DNA of 64,000 nucleotides from an uncultured Erysipelotrichaceae bacterium (GTDB taxonomy: Bacteria; Bacillota_I; Bacilli_A; RF39; UBA660), in the NCBI GenBank assembly GCA_902793315.1, contig CADBCT010000002.1, forward strand, positions 2,973-66,972, written 5' to 3'. Positions 19,613 through 31,595 of this stretch are shown one piece after another (within the stretch, counting starts at the first letter, position 1; every line of letters begins with the position of its first letter). A program made the translations under genes and the position numbers. A model generated the notes under the pieces. It saw only the letters and a program-made list of their open reading frames with translations. It did not search any database and had not been told where the DNA came from.

Positions 19613-20975
19613 TTATTTTACCTACAAATTCGTCTTGTAAAGCTTGTAGTCTTTCTTCAGTATTAGCTTCAAATCTAGCTGTGATATTAGGACCGGTATT
19701 TGAATATCTAACTAAAGCCCAACCATCATTAAAATTAACTCTAATACCATCAATATCATTATATTTATAACCACATGAATCTGCATATTCTTTTACTTTA
19801 GCCACTACTTCTACTTTCTTTTCATCAGTAGAAGCAAATTTTATTTCTTCTGTTGAATAATAATGATTAATTCCTTCTAGTAATTCAGAAATAGTTTTAT
19901 CAGTCTTAGACATTATTTCAAGTAATCTAAGTCCTGCATACATACCACTATCAAAGCCTGGCCAACGGTCATTGAAATAAACATGTCCTGATAACTCTGC
20001 ACCCAATGGTAAATTATCTTCTCTTACTTTAGCTTTAGTATAAGAATTTCCTGTTCGATAACAAATACCTTCTGCACCTAATCTTTCAATTTCATCACTT
20101 AATGCTTTAGAACACTTTATATCATATAAGAATCTTTTATTAGTAACTTTATTTACAATATCTCTAATAATTATAATTAAATAGATATCAGTTGCGATAT
20201 ATTTACCTTCATTAGTAATTACTCCTAGTCTATCTCCATCTCCATCAAAAGAAATACCTACATCTGCGCCTATTTCTAATACTTTAGCTTTTAATTGTTC
20301 AAGATTTGCTTCTATACAAGGATCGGGATGATGATTTGGAAAATTACCATCGCTTTCCTCATTAATAATTGTTAAATCGATTGGAAATAACTCATAAACT
20401 TTACGACAGAAGTTAGCTGCTGCACCATTTGCTGGATCTAAAACAACTTTTAAACGTCTATCACCGAAATGTAAATTTCCTTTGTATAATTCTAAATACT
20501 CTGGTTCAATATTATATTCTGAATCAGTTCCATTTCCTGATAAGAAATCTCCTTCAATTAATTCTGCTAAAAAGTCTTGTATTTCTTGTCCTTTACAATT
20601 ACCCTTTTCATCAAAAGCAAACTTTATACCATTCTCATCTTTTGGATTATGAGATGCTGTAATCATAGCTCCACTAGATATTCCTAATTTAATACAAGCA
20701 TAATAATACATTGGGGTTGTACAAAGACCTAATTTAACTACATCTACTCCAGAATCTTTTATTCCTTTAATTACTGCTTCATAAAGACTTGGAGAAGACA
20801 ATCTATTATCATGTCCTACAACACATTTGTTTTTACCCATTCTTTGAATATGAGTACCAAAACCAAGTCCAAATGTATAAACTGTATCTTCATCTATATT
20901 TGTTGGATAAACTCCTCTAATATCATATCCACGAAAAATATTTTTATCTAAATCTTTTTTATATTTATATTCCAT
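19596..20975 (-). CDS. Phosphomannomutase/phosphoglucomutase (alpha-D-phosphohexomutase)
   Basis: Active-site TASHNP, Mg loop FDGDGDR, sugar loop GAELSGH, and the N-terminus FRGYDIRGVY typical of the PMM/PGM subgroup. Confidence 0.85.
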   Translation of the reverse strand: MEYKYKKDLDKNIFRGYDIRGVYPTNIDEDTVYTFGLGFGTHIQRMGKNKCVVGHDNRLSSPSLYEAVIKGIKDSGVDVVKLGLCTTPMYYYACIKLGISSGAMITASHNPKDENGIKFAFDEKGNCKGQEIQDFLAELIEGDFLSGNGTDSEYNIEPEYLELYKGNLHFGDRRLKVVLDPANGAAANFCRKVYELFPIDLTIINEESDGNFPNHHPDPCIEANLEQLKAKVLEIGADVGISFDGDGDRLGVITNEGKYIATDIYLIIIIRDIVNKVTNKRFLYDIKCSKALSDEIERLGAEGICYRTGNSYTKAKVREDNLPLGAELSGHVYFNDRWPGFDSGMYAGLRLLEIMSKTDKTISELLEGINHYYSTEEIKFASTDEKKVEVVAKVKEYADSCGYKYNDIDGIRVNFNDGWALVRYSNTGPNITARFEANTEERLQALQDEFVGKINEYSN

Positions 20976-21039
20976 ATATACCTCCTACTCTTATAATACC
21001 ATATAAATAAAAAAATGTACGAATTTTTTGTACATTTAT

Positions 21040-21795
21040 TTAACCAATAATCATTGATATTACTAATAATATTATTCCAAGTAATACTCCTGAATAAGTT
21101 ACTTTTTTCTGTGAAGTATTTTTAATTCTTGGATATAATTCATCTATTACTATAAATAATAACATACCTAAAGTTAATGATAAAAGTATTCCTAAAACTA
21201 TATTATTTAGATTTACAAATCTAAATGAATACATTATTAATCCTCCACAAAAAGTAGAAATAGATACAAGTATTATTGAAATCAATGCCTTTTTATGATT
21301 TTTACTACTATGATATAAACTACTAGCAATAACCATACCTAATGGAATATTATGAAAACCAACTCCAACAGCTAATGAAACAGCTAAAGAACTATTACTT
21401 AAAGCAGTTGAATAAACAGCCATTCCTTCAATAATATTATGAAGAATTATAGCTAATGTAGTCATAATTCCTATATGAGCTAAATTAGCATTATTCTCTT
21501 TTTTATTCATATGATGTTCATGATGATCAGGAATAAATTTATCAAATAATCTTAAAATAAAGAAACCAATAGTTGTAAAAATAATAAATAATAATATATG
21601 CTTTAATCCTAATCCTTCAAATATTTCAGGCAATAAATCAGTAATAATTAAAGTAATAATTACTCCAAAAGCTAGTCCTATTGAAAAATCAATTATTTTA
21701 TCTTTTTTATTAACTAATAATGAAATACCAGCTCCAATAAGAATAAATATACCAAGTATAAATGTTGTTAATAAACCTATTTGATTACTTGTCAT
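21040..21795 (-). CDS. ZIP-family divalent metal transporter
   Basis: 8 TM, a His-rich loop (PDHHEHHMNKKE), and signature HNIIEGMAV / GFHNIPLGM. Confidence 0.85.
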   Translation of the reverse strand: MTSNQIGLLTTFILGIFILIGAGISLLVNKKDKIIDFSIGLAFGVIITLIITDLLPEIFEGLGLKHILLFIIFTTIGFFILRLFDKFIPDHHEHHMNKKENNANLAHIGIMTTLAIILHNIIEGMAVYSTALSNSSLAVSLAVGVGFHNIPLGMVIASSLYHSSKNHKKALISIILVSISTFCGGLIMYSFRFVNLNNIVLGILLSLTLGMLLFIVIDELYPRIKNTSQKKVTYSGVLLGIILLVISMIIG

Positions 21796-21803
21796 TATAT
21801 CAC

Positions 21804-22319
21804 CTATCCTATAATATATTTTAAAAGTCCAAATGAAAGGAACATCATAATAATACTAGCAATAAAAATACCAATTAAAGCAGCAATAAATGCTTTCTTA
21901 CGATCCATTTCCAATACAGAAGCAATTAAACAACCTGTCCATGCTCCAGTTCCTGGAAGAGGTATTCCCACAAATAATATCAAACCAATAAAACCATACT
22001 TTTCTATTTGGCCTTTATGTTTATCTACTTTTTTATCTAACCACTTAGCTACTTTTTTAAATCTTTTACTTCTTCTCATCCAATCTAAAATATAATTAAT
22101 AAGCCATAAAATAAAAGGTACTGGAATAATATTACCAATAATACTTATAATATAGCTTCTAATTGGATCTAATCCTAATAAAGAAGCTGCGATTAAACCA
22201 CCTCTAAGTTCCAAAATTGGCATTAATGAAATAATAAAGACTATTAATTCTTTTCCAAAAGGAATACTACCAAGTCCAGCAAATAAACCAACAATAGTTG
22301 CTACAATCTTCTCAACCAT
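21804..22319 (-). CDS. Small multidrug-export-like membrane protein (COG2426 type)
   Basis: Motifs PILELRGGLIAA and VGIPLPGTGAWTG are typical of this family. Confidence 0.6.
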   Translation of the reverse strand: MVEKIVATIVGLFAGLGSIPFGKELIVFIISLMPILELRGGLIAASLLGLDPIRSYIISIIGNIIPVPFILWLINYILDWMRRSKRFKKVAKWLDKKVDKHKGQIEKYGFIGLILFVGIPLPGTGAWTGCLIASVLEMDRKKAFIAALIGIFIASIIMMFLSFGLLKYIIG

Positions 22320-22327
22320 ATTTCCTC

Positions 22328-23944
22328 CTAATTTTCAAGTATTTCCATAATAACTGGAACGATATGTTTCTTTCTAGATACACAACCATCAATAAAGTAA
22401 CCTTCAAAAACTTCTTTCTGATAAGCTAAAGCAATTGTATTAGCACCTCTTCTATTATATATTACATAACTACCATTCTTAACAATATCTGTTACATATA
22501 AAGCTACTAAATTATAATTATTAGCCTCAGCCACTTTATCTAAAACATCAACATAATCATCTATTTCTTTTTCTATTTCTTCAAAATTCATAGTAAAGAA
22601 TTGTCCAATTGCAAAATTCTTATCATTGACTGTATATAATTTATAATCATTATATAGAACATCTTCCTTGGACATTCCTTCTAGAGAAGTACCAGATTTT
22701 AATAATTCCATTCCATATTTTTGATAATCAACACCAGCAATATTTGCTAATTCCCTAACAGCTTCTCGATCTATAGTAGTAGCTGTTGGACTCTTTAAAA
22801 CTAAAGTATCAGATAAAATCCCTGATAACAATACACCAGCAATATCTTTAGGAATATCTATTTGTCTTTCTTTAAACAAAGTATAAACAATTGTACTAGT
22901 AGATCCAACTAACATATTACGGAAATTAATAGGATTATTAGTAGTAAGATTACCCAAATTATGATGATCTATTATTTCTATTATTTCAGATTCTTCTAAC
23001 CCTTCAATACTTTGCATTTTCTCATTATGATCTACTAAAATAACTTTCTTAGGGTGTTTTTCAGCTAAATCAGTTATTTTTAATAAACCTAAACACTTAT
23101 TACTCTTATTAACTACTGGATAATTAGTATGTTTCAATTTATTGTTAATATCTAAAACATCAGATACAAAGTCAGTTTCTAAAAAACTAGTTGGATTATA
23201 CATACTTACCATTGTTCTAATATAATTGGCTAAGACTACAAACCTTGATATTTTATAAGTATCATATGGAGTCCTAATAATATTAACATTATTCTTTCTG
23301 GCAATTTCTAAATGCTCTTCTTTTATCATTGAATTACCAGATAGAATTATCATTTTAACTCCTGAATTAACCGCATATTCTAAAATACTGTGTCTATCTC
23401 CAACTATTAAAATATCATCTTTTTTTAATTCAATTTCATTCATAAAAGTAGTACTTTTAAAAGCTGCGACTAGTAAATTACCTTGTATTTCTGAAGAAGC
23501 TCTATTTACTTCCTCTGCTTTTAATACATATAGTAAATTATCATATGAAGTATATAAACTTTCAATATTATCATTAATCATAACTCTAGATAAATCTTTA
23601 ATAGTAATTAAACCATAAAAAGTATTATCTTCTTTTACAACAGGAATACCAGTTAAATCAGCTTCTAACATTGATTGATATCCATGATAAATACTATCAG
23701 TATCTTTAATAAAAAAGCCTTTATGATAATCAATATCTCGTAACTGTAGTTTTACATCATTTAAATACTTTGGAGTATTAACATTAAAATACTTTAAAGC
23801 ATATTCTGTTTCTTTATTAATATCTCCAATAACTCTTGCTTCAGTATTTTCTCCCAAAGCATTTTTTAAATAAGAAAGACCTATCGCAGATACAACTGAA
23901 TCAGTATCTGGTTTTTTATGTCCAATAATAAAAGTCTTATTCAT
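22328..23944 (-). CDS. Family II inorganic pyrophosphatase with CBS/DRTGG insert
   Basis: DHH N-domain (GHKKPDTDS, VDHNE, IIDHHNLG), an internal CBS pair, and a DHHA2 C-domain. Confidence 0.9.
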   Translation of the reverse strand: MNKTFIIGHKKPDTDSVVSAIGLSYLKNALGENTEARVIGDINKETEYALKYFNVNTPKYLNDVKLQLRDIDYHKGFFIKDTDSIYHGYQSMLEADLTGIPVVKEDNTFYGLITIKDLSRVMINDNIESLYTSYDNLLYVLKAEEVNRASSEIQGNLLVAAFKSTTFMNEIELKKDDILIVGDRHSILEYAVNSGVKMIILSGNSMIKEEHLEIARKNNVNIIRTPYDTYKISRFVVLANYIRTMVSMYNPTSFLETDFVSDVLDINNKLKHTNYPVVNKSNKCLGLLKITDLAEKHPKKVILVDHNEKMQSIEGLEESEIIEIIDHHNLGNLTTNNPINFRNMLVGSTSTIVYTLFKERQIDIPKDIAGVLLSGILSDTLVLKSPTATTIDREAVRELANIAGVDYQKYGMELLKSGTSLEGMSKEDVLYNDYKLYTVNDKNFAIGQFFTMNFEEIEKEIDDYVDVLDKVAEANNYNLVALYVTDIVKNGSYVIYNRRGANTIALAYQKEVFEGYFIDGCVSRKKHIVPVIMEILEN

Positions 23945-23986
23945 ACTCTCATCTTCTTTCGTGTAAATTGTATCATAAATTACAGT

Positions 23987-24014
23987 AAAAAAAAAGAGTT
24001 AACCTAAAGTTAAC
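23987..24014 (-). terminator. Rho-independent terminator after the HD gene
   Basis: GTTAAC-TTTAG-GTTAAC followed by TCTTTTTTTTT on the minus strand. Confidence 0.7.
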
Positions 24015-24501
24015 GAATATAATTAATAAACATTAGTGCTATAACACTTAGTGATGTAGCTAATTCATTTTTAATACTATAACTTCTTTCATAAATAGAA
24101 GCTATATCATCAATAATATCAACCAACCAACTTTCTAAATACTTTGGTGGTCTAAAAGTAACTGGGAACATATGAGTCTTAATAATATCTTCTTCCATTG
24201 GACTTAAATCATAATATTTCTTTGCATTAATTAAAGCATATGTAGGATGTTTTCTAAGTCTTGATACTCCATCCATAGAACTTACTTCATCAATAAAGAA
24301 ATCGTGAAGTAATGCTCCTTTAGTAGCTTTATAATAGTCTAAATGTAATTTCTTAGTAATAATATATGTATAATATGCTACTCTTAAAGAATGATCATAT
24401 CTTGTAATTCCATGATGATTAATATATCTCAATTTATTAAATTCTTTATTAATAAGTATATCTTTAGTTAATTTATAAAATTCTGTATTATGTCTTCTCA
24501 T
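24010..24501 (-). CDS. HD-domain phosphohydrolase
   Basis: HSLRVAY ... LLHDFF spacing is typical of the HD superfamily. Confidence 0.7.
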   Translation of the reverse strand: MRRHNTEFYKLTKDILINKEFNKLRYINHHGITRYDHSLRVAYYTYIITKKLHLDYYKATKGALLHDFFIDEVSSMDGVSRLRKHPTYALINAKKYYDLSPMEEDIIKTHMFPVTFRPPKYLESWLVDIIDDIASIYERSYSIKNELATSLSVIALMFINYIR

Positions 24502-24610
24502 ATGTAACCTCTATTTCTTTCCTAGATAATAGTATCATAATAATAATTTACTAGTAATAGTATTAACACTTTTTCAATAAAAATTTACATAACTTTACAA
24601 TAAAAAAGAA

Positions 24611-25903
24611 TTAGACTAATTCAGCTAATATTTTATCTAATTCTTCTTTCTCATTTTCTTCTAATTCTAAAACATCTTGTTCTTTATTAAACCATGCTGG
24701 AATATTCTTTTCTTCTTTAATTACTTTTTCTTTAGGTTTAACTATTTTCTTAAATTTTTTATGTTCTTTTTCAGTAATTTTCATTGCTTCTTCTACAGTC
24801 TCAATATTTAATCTCTTCCATTGGCCAGCTATAGCTTCTACATAACTTTTAGTTAACTGTTCATTATTTACTTTTAAAACATAGCTTATTAAGACATTAA
24901 CTACTCCAGGATTTAATTTTTGATCGATTAATAAACTTTCAATTAATTTCTTATCACGATCTGTTGGTTCAGCACCTTTATATTTAGCCTTTAATAATTG
25001 ATATGGAGTAATATTCTCAAAAGTATAAACCATTTTAGCCCATTTAGAATTATCTCCAGTAGGTTTCTTTAAATACTCTGGTTGACGATTATATATTAAA
25101 GTTGGTAAATTACCAAAATTATCAAATTGATAATAATTACGACAACTCTTACGAAGTAAAGTTTTATCAATCATTCCCTTTTCATTTAAACAATTTCTAA
25201 TAAGACCTTGCATGTCTAAACTATCTAAATTATAAATATAACTTAAATTATTAATTAATTCTTTAGTATCTTCATTAAAACATCTTTCATTTAATTGACT
25301 TTTAGGAATACCAGAAATAATAAGATTAAAATCAATTCCTTTATTAATTAAAATATTATTTGTATCTCTTTTTGTAATATCATTATTAGTATTATCAATA
25401 GTTCCTCTAACAGGAGTAAATACTTCATCAAAACTACTAGTAATATCTTCATAATCTTTTAAATTAATTCGTGGTATTTTAAAATAATTCATTATTTTCT
25501 CATACTCTTTTTTACCTAGATTATTATATAAAACAATGTTTAATATTGGATGATTAAAAAACTCTTCTGGACTAATTGGTGAGTATAATAAATAAACTAA
25601 TTGATTTATATTATCTTTCTTTATATATGTTTTAATTAAGCCTACAGCTTCTAATTTTTCTCTAGCAATCATAATATCTTCTAATGATAATTGCATAGTA
25701 GCCATTAAATGATAATGAGTTAGTTCATCACTTATTAATTCTGCTTTATCTAAATCAGAAATTAATGAATAATATAGGCTAACAGCAGTAAATCCAATGA
25801 TTGGTTGGTATAACATTGAAACTATTCTTTTATCAATATCAGTAATAATTGTTTTATTAATAACAGTATATGTATCTGCTGGTAAAACATTTATATTTTT
25901 CAT
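24611..25903 (-). CDS. Replication initiation/membrane attachment protein (DnaB/DnaD-domain helicase-loader type)
   Basis: The N-terminus MKNINVLPADTYTVINK resembles Bacillus DnaB. The C-terminal DnaB_2-like region is YVLKVNNEQLTKSYVEAIAGQWKRLNIETVEEAM. Start is taken at the ATG at 25903 (SD GGTGGTGA). Confidence 0.6.
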   Translation of the reverse strand: MKNINVLPADTYTVINKTIITDIDKRIVSMLYQPIIGFTAVSLYYSLISDLDKAELISDELTHYHLMATMQLSLEDIMIAREKLEAVGLIKTYIKKDNINQLVYLLYSPISPEEFFNHPILNIVLYNNLGKKEYEKIMNYFKIPRINLKDYEDITSSFDEVFTPVRGTIDNTNNDITKRDTNNILINKGIDFNLIISGIPKSQLNERCFNEDTKELINNLSYIYNLDSLDMQGLIRNCLNEKGMIDKTLLRKSCRNYYQFDNFGNLPTLIYNRQPEYLKKPTGDNSKWAKMVYTFENITPYQLLKAKYKGAEPTDRDKKLIESLLIDQKLNPGVVNVLISYVLKVNNEQLTKSYVEAIAGQWKRLNIETVEEAMKITEKEHKKFKKIVKPKEKVIKEEKNIPAWFNKEQDVLELEENEKEELDKILAELV

Positions 25904-25984
25904 TGAAATCACCACCTACATTTATAATATAAAAACATTAAACTATTTTCAAGAGTTTACTTTTTTATTTATATAAAAAAACTA

Positions 25985-26752
25985 CTAAAGTAGTTTTATA
26001 AATTCTATTATAGTTGGAACATTTATACCTGTAAAGTAAATAAAAGTTAAACTAATTAATAAAAATGGTCCAAATGGAACTAAACGTTCATGTTTTTTTA
26101 ATAATAGAAATAATGATACTGGTAAAGCCAATAGACTTCCTAAAAAGATTGCCATTAAACCAAGTAAAGGATGAAGAATAATGCCAAAGACAAACATCAT
26201 CTTAATATCTCCTCCACCTAATGTTTCTTTTTTAAACATCATATTTCCTAGTAACATTATTGCATACATAATAGCAAATAATATTGCTCCTGATAAAATA
26301 CATAATAAAGCATTAACTGCTCCTACTTGTAAAGTTTTAATTATTATAAAATAACAACCAAAGAATACTAATACTTCATCAGGAATAACATAATAAGATA
26401 AATCAGATACTGATATAATTGATAACATTGAAACTATTCCTAAAGCAATTAATAGTTCATATGAAAAGCCATATACATAAAAACCTAAAGCAAATAATAC
26501 ACCTGTAAAAAACTCCATATATGATGATAAAGCATCTATTTTACCTTTACAATATCTGCATCTACCTCGTAGTAATAAGAAAGAAATTATTGGTACCATA
26601 TCAAGTAAACTTAGACGATGATGACATTTATCACAATAACTTCTAGAGTTCATAAAATTTTCATGATTAGGTAATCTTGAACCTACTACAGTAAAGAATG
26701 AACCCATTAATAAACCTAAAATAAAAAAGATAATTAGATATAAAGTTTGCAT
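25985..26752 (-). CDS. pilD: Prepilin peptidase (A24 family, PilD/ComC)
   Basis: Zn-finger CDKCHH...CRYC, catalytic Asp contexts SDLSYYVIPDE and GGGDIKMM, about 8 TM. Confidence 0.9.
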   Translation of the reverse strand: MQTLYLIIFFILGLLMGSFFTVVGSRLPNHENFMNSRSYCDKCHHRLSLLDMVPIISFLLLRGRCRYCKGKIDALSSYMEFFTGVLFALGFYVYGFSYELLIALGIVSMLSIISVSDLSYYVIPDEVLVFFGCYFIIIKTLQVGAVNALLCILSGAILFAIMYAIMLLGNMMFKKETLGGGDIKMMFVFGIILHPLLGLMAIFLGSLLALPVSLFLLLKKHERLVPFGPFLLISLTFIYFTGINVPTIIEFIKLL

Positions 26753-26768
26753 ATAAATAATTACCTCC

Positions 26769-28196
26769 TTATTTAATCTGACTATACATAGAGAACATCG
26801 GTTGAATAATCGAAATTAAGATAATACCAACAACTACTGCTAAGAAAACGATCATAATCGGTTCTACTAAACTTTTCATCTGATCAATAACGTTTTTATG
26901 TAACATTTGGAAGTGTGAAGCAACCTTTTCCATCATAGCACCTAATTGACCAGTAGTTTCACCAGTAACAATCATTTCATATGCTACAACTGGTACTGCC
27001 CATTGTCCTCTAAATGCTGAAGATATAGAATCTCCACGACCTAAGTTTTCAAGAGTTTGATTAATAATCTTCGTAAAAACTTCATTATTAGTAATTTTAG
27101 ATAGAATTTCCATACTATCAGTAATAAATACTCCATGATTTAATAATGAAGCAAATGTTTTAGTAAAGTTAGCAACTTCATTGTAAATAATTACATCTTT
27201 AACTACTGGAAGATGCATTAACAAAATTTGTACTTTTTCTCTGAATGGTTGTACTTTTTTATATAATTGCATGAATGTAACAACTACTACCACTACACTG
27301 ATTAAGAGAATATACCATTTATTTTTAATAAAATCACTTGTAGCGATAATTGCTTTAGTTAATGCTGGTAACTCAGCTCCATTACTTTCAAACATAGCTG
27401 TAAATTGAGGAACCAAGTATGTAAGCATAAATATTAAAACTCCAAAGGCAATAGTCAATACGACTGCCGGATATGTCATGGCTGACTTCATTTGCTTACG
27501 AGTTTGATCCATTGAAGTATAATATTCAGACATATCATCTAAAATTGATGGCAAATCACCTGTCATTTCAGCTGTCTTTACCATATTTATTAATAATTTA
27601 GGGAATATCTTATCTTGCATCATCATGGCTTCAGATAAACTTTCACCTTTTAATAACTGATAAACTAATTCACTAAAGCTCTTTTTAAGCTTTGGTTTAG
27701 TTGATTGTTTGGCTAAAATTCTAACTGAATCAGCAAGTGGAATACCAGATTTGATATATGTAGATAACTGAGTTAATGAGAATGATAAATCACTGGCTCC
27801 TATTGGAGAATTCATTCCAATATCAATATCGCCTTTACCTCTTTTTCTAACTTCTAATACTTGATATTCTTGAGAAATTAAGAAATTTCTAACATCTTCT
27901 TCACTCTCAGCATCAAAACTACCAGTTTCTTTTTTACCTACACCATTTATAATTTTATACTTATAGCTCTCTAAAGGTCTTCTTATTTTAGTTCTTTCGC
28001 CCATTTGAGAAACTGTTTCTTGTGGCATAGCAGGTGTTTGATTATCAGCAGTTTGTACATTATTATCTTGAGCAGTTGCTACAGAATTGTCTTGGGTTGC
28101 CTGTTGTTGTGCTACTGCTGCAGTTGCATTTGCTGGTGCTGCTTGTTGTTGTGCTTCTGCTTCATTAGTTTTAGCTTTTTTCTTTTTTCCTAGCAT
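26769..28196 (-). CDS. pilC: Type IV pilus / T2SS platform protein (GspF/PilC/ComGB family) with a Q/A-rich N-terminal extension
   Basis: Two T2SSF repeats, each followed by a TM segment. The first ~60 aa are low complexity (AEAQQQAAPANATAAVAQQQATQDN...). Confidence 0.9.
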   Translation of the reverse strand: MLGKKKKAKTNEAEAQQQAAPANATAAVAQQQATQDNSVATAQDNNVQTADNQTPAMPQETVSQMGERTKIRRPLESYKYKIINGVGKKETGSFDAESEEDVRNFLISQEYQVLEVRKRGKGDIDIGMNSPIGASDLSFSLTQLSTYIKSGIPLADSVRILAKQSTKPKLKKSFSELVYQLLKGESLSEAMMMQDKIFPKLLINMVKTAEMTGDLPSILDDMSEYYTSMDQTRKQMKSAMTYPAVVLTIAFGVLIFMLTYLVPQFTAMFESNGAELPALTKAIIATSDFIKNKWYILLISVVVVVVTFMQLYKKVQPFREKVQILLMHLPVVKDVIIYNEVANFTKTFASLLNHGVFITDSMEILSKITNNEVFTKIINQTLENLGRGDSISSAFRGQWAVPVVAYEMIVTGETTGQLGAMMEKVASHFQMLHKNVIDQMKSLVEPIMIVFLAVVVGIILISIIQPMFSMYSQIK

Positions 28197-28316
28197 ACAA
28201 ACTACCTTCCTCTTTATCTTTTCATACTAATATCATTCTAACATAACTTTTTCAATTTTAAAACACTATTTTAAACTTTTTGTTCATTTGTCATATATTG
28301 TATTAGAGGTGATACT

Positions 28317-28568
28317 ATTTATCCTTATCAAAACCCTAGTATTTTAGCTAATGCTGTTAATATTTTAAAAGGAATAAAATGGGGAACATTACTAGATGGT
28401 ACTAGTAAAACATTAGGAGTAATAAACCAAGCAATTCCGATTGTATATCAAGTAAAACCCTTTGTTAATAATGCTAAAACTATATTTAAAATAGCCAATG
28501 AAATAAATACACCTACTGAAGAACAAAAAGAGACAAGTGCCAATACAAGTCCCATCTTTTACATATAA
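28317..28568 (+). CDS. VrrA/YqfQ-like small protein, no canonical start codon (possible ATT start)
   Basis: The frame is open from 28275 to 28568 with no in-frame ATG, GTG or TTG. A strong SD GAGGTGA (28306..28312) lies 4 nt before the ATT at 28317. The product IYPYQNPSILANAVNILKGIKWGTLLDGTSKTLGVINQAIPIVYQVKPFVNNAKTIFKI resembles the conserved core of Bacillus YqfQ. Confidence 0.4.
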   Translation: MYPYQNPSILANAVNILKGIKWGTLLDGTSKTLGVINQAIPIVYQVKPFVNNAKTIFKIANEINTPTEEQKETSANTSPIFYI

Positions 28569-28583
28569 AAAGTAGTTATAAAA

Positions 28584-30736
<2,153 letters not shown>

Positions 30737-30798
30737 AGAAATCACTCCTAAGCGTTCTAATTATATCAAAAAAAGATTAGTTTTTAAATACTAATCTC

Positions 30799-31509
30799 TT
30801 AAATACCATAGTTTTTCTTAATATATTTCTTACTATTCTTTTCATTAATTTTATCATCATGTCTACTAGCACCTGAAGCAATAGCCATTTTTGAAGTAGT
30901 AACAACTTCATCATATAGTTTAACAATATCTTCAGCAGACATTTCATTAAAATTCATATCTTGAATAGTAGCACATAAATTAACTGCATCATTTAATGCT
31001 TTAGATTCAATAGTGAATCCTTCGATACGGTAATCATCTTTTACTCCAGCAACACCTTTAGGTGTTAAGAATAATGTATCTTCATTATAATCAGCTGCTG
31101 GTGTTAAAGTAACTGTATTAATAGGTGCTTTTTCTTCATCAGCAATAGCTCCTTTAACAGATCCTAATAATAATTCTTCTGCAGTATCTTTAAAGTTATC
31201 TCTTAACCAGTTCAAAGTTTCATTATATGAATCTTCTTCTCCTGAACTTTTATAATACTCTAAATACATAATTCTTTTTCTAAACTCAGCATCTTTTCCA
31301 ACAATATTAATAGTACCTTCATCTAATGATTCATCAAGTACTGTAATATCTTGGATATCTTCATCTTCTAATAATTCAGCAATAGGAGTAGTTTTTAATT
31401 CATAATCGCTATTATCTTTAGCTAGTATTGTACCTGCCTTAGATCCAGCAAATATAAATCCAGCTAATAATACGATACTTGTTATTTTATTAATATTAAT
31501 TTTTTTCAT
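30799..31509 (-). CDS. Hypothetical secreted protein
   Basis: ATG at 31509 is preceded by AGAGGGGGA. The signal peptide is MKKININKITSIVLLAGFIFAGSKA. It is inserted between ruvB and queA. Confidence 0.5.
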   Translation of the reverse strand: MKKININKITSIVLLAGFIFAGSKAGTILAKDNSDYELKTTPIAELLEDEDIQDITVLDESLDEGTINIVGKDAEFRKRIMYLEYYKSSGEEDSYNETLNWLRDNFKDTAEELLLGSVKGAIADEEKAPINTVTLTPAADYNEDTLFLTPKGVAGVKDDYRIEGFTIESKALNDAVNLCATIQDMNFNEMSAEDIVKLYDEVVTTSKMAIASGASRHDDKINEKNSKKYIKKNYGI

Positions 31510-31595
31510 ATTATCCCCCTCTTTCAAATGCGTATACATTATACCACAAATGTTGGAAAAAGTCAATTTTTACCAATAAAAAAGCACTTTAAGTG

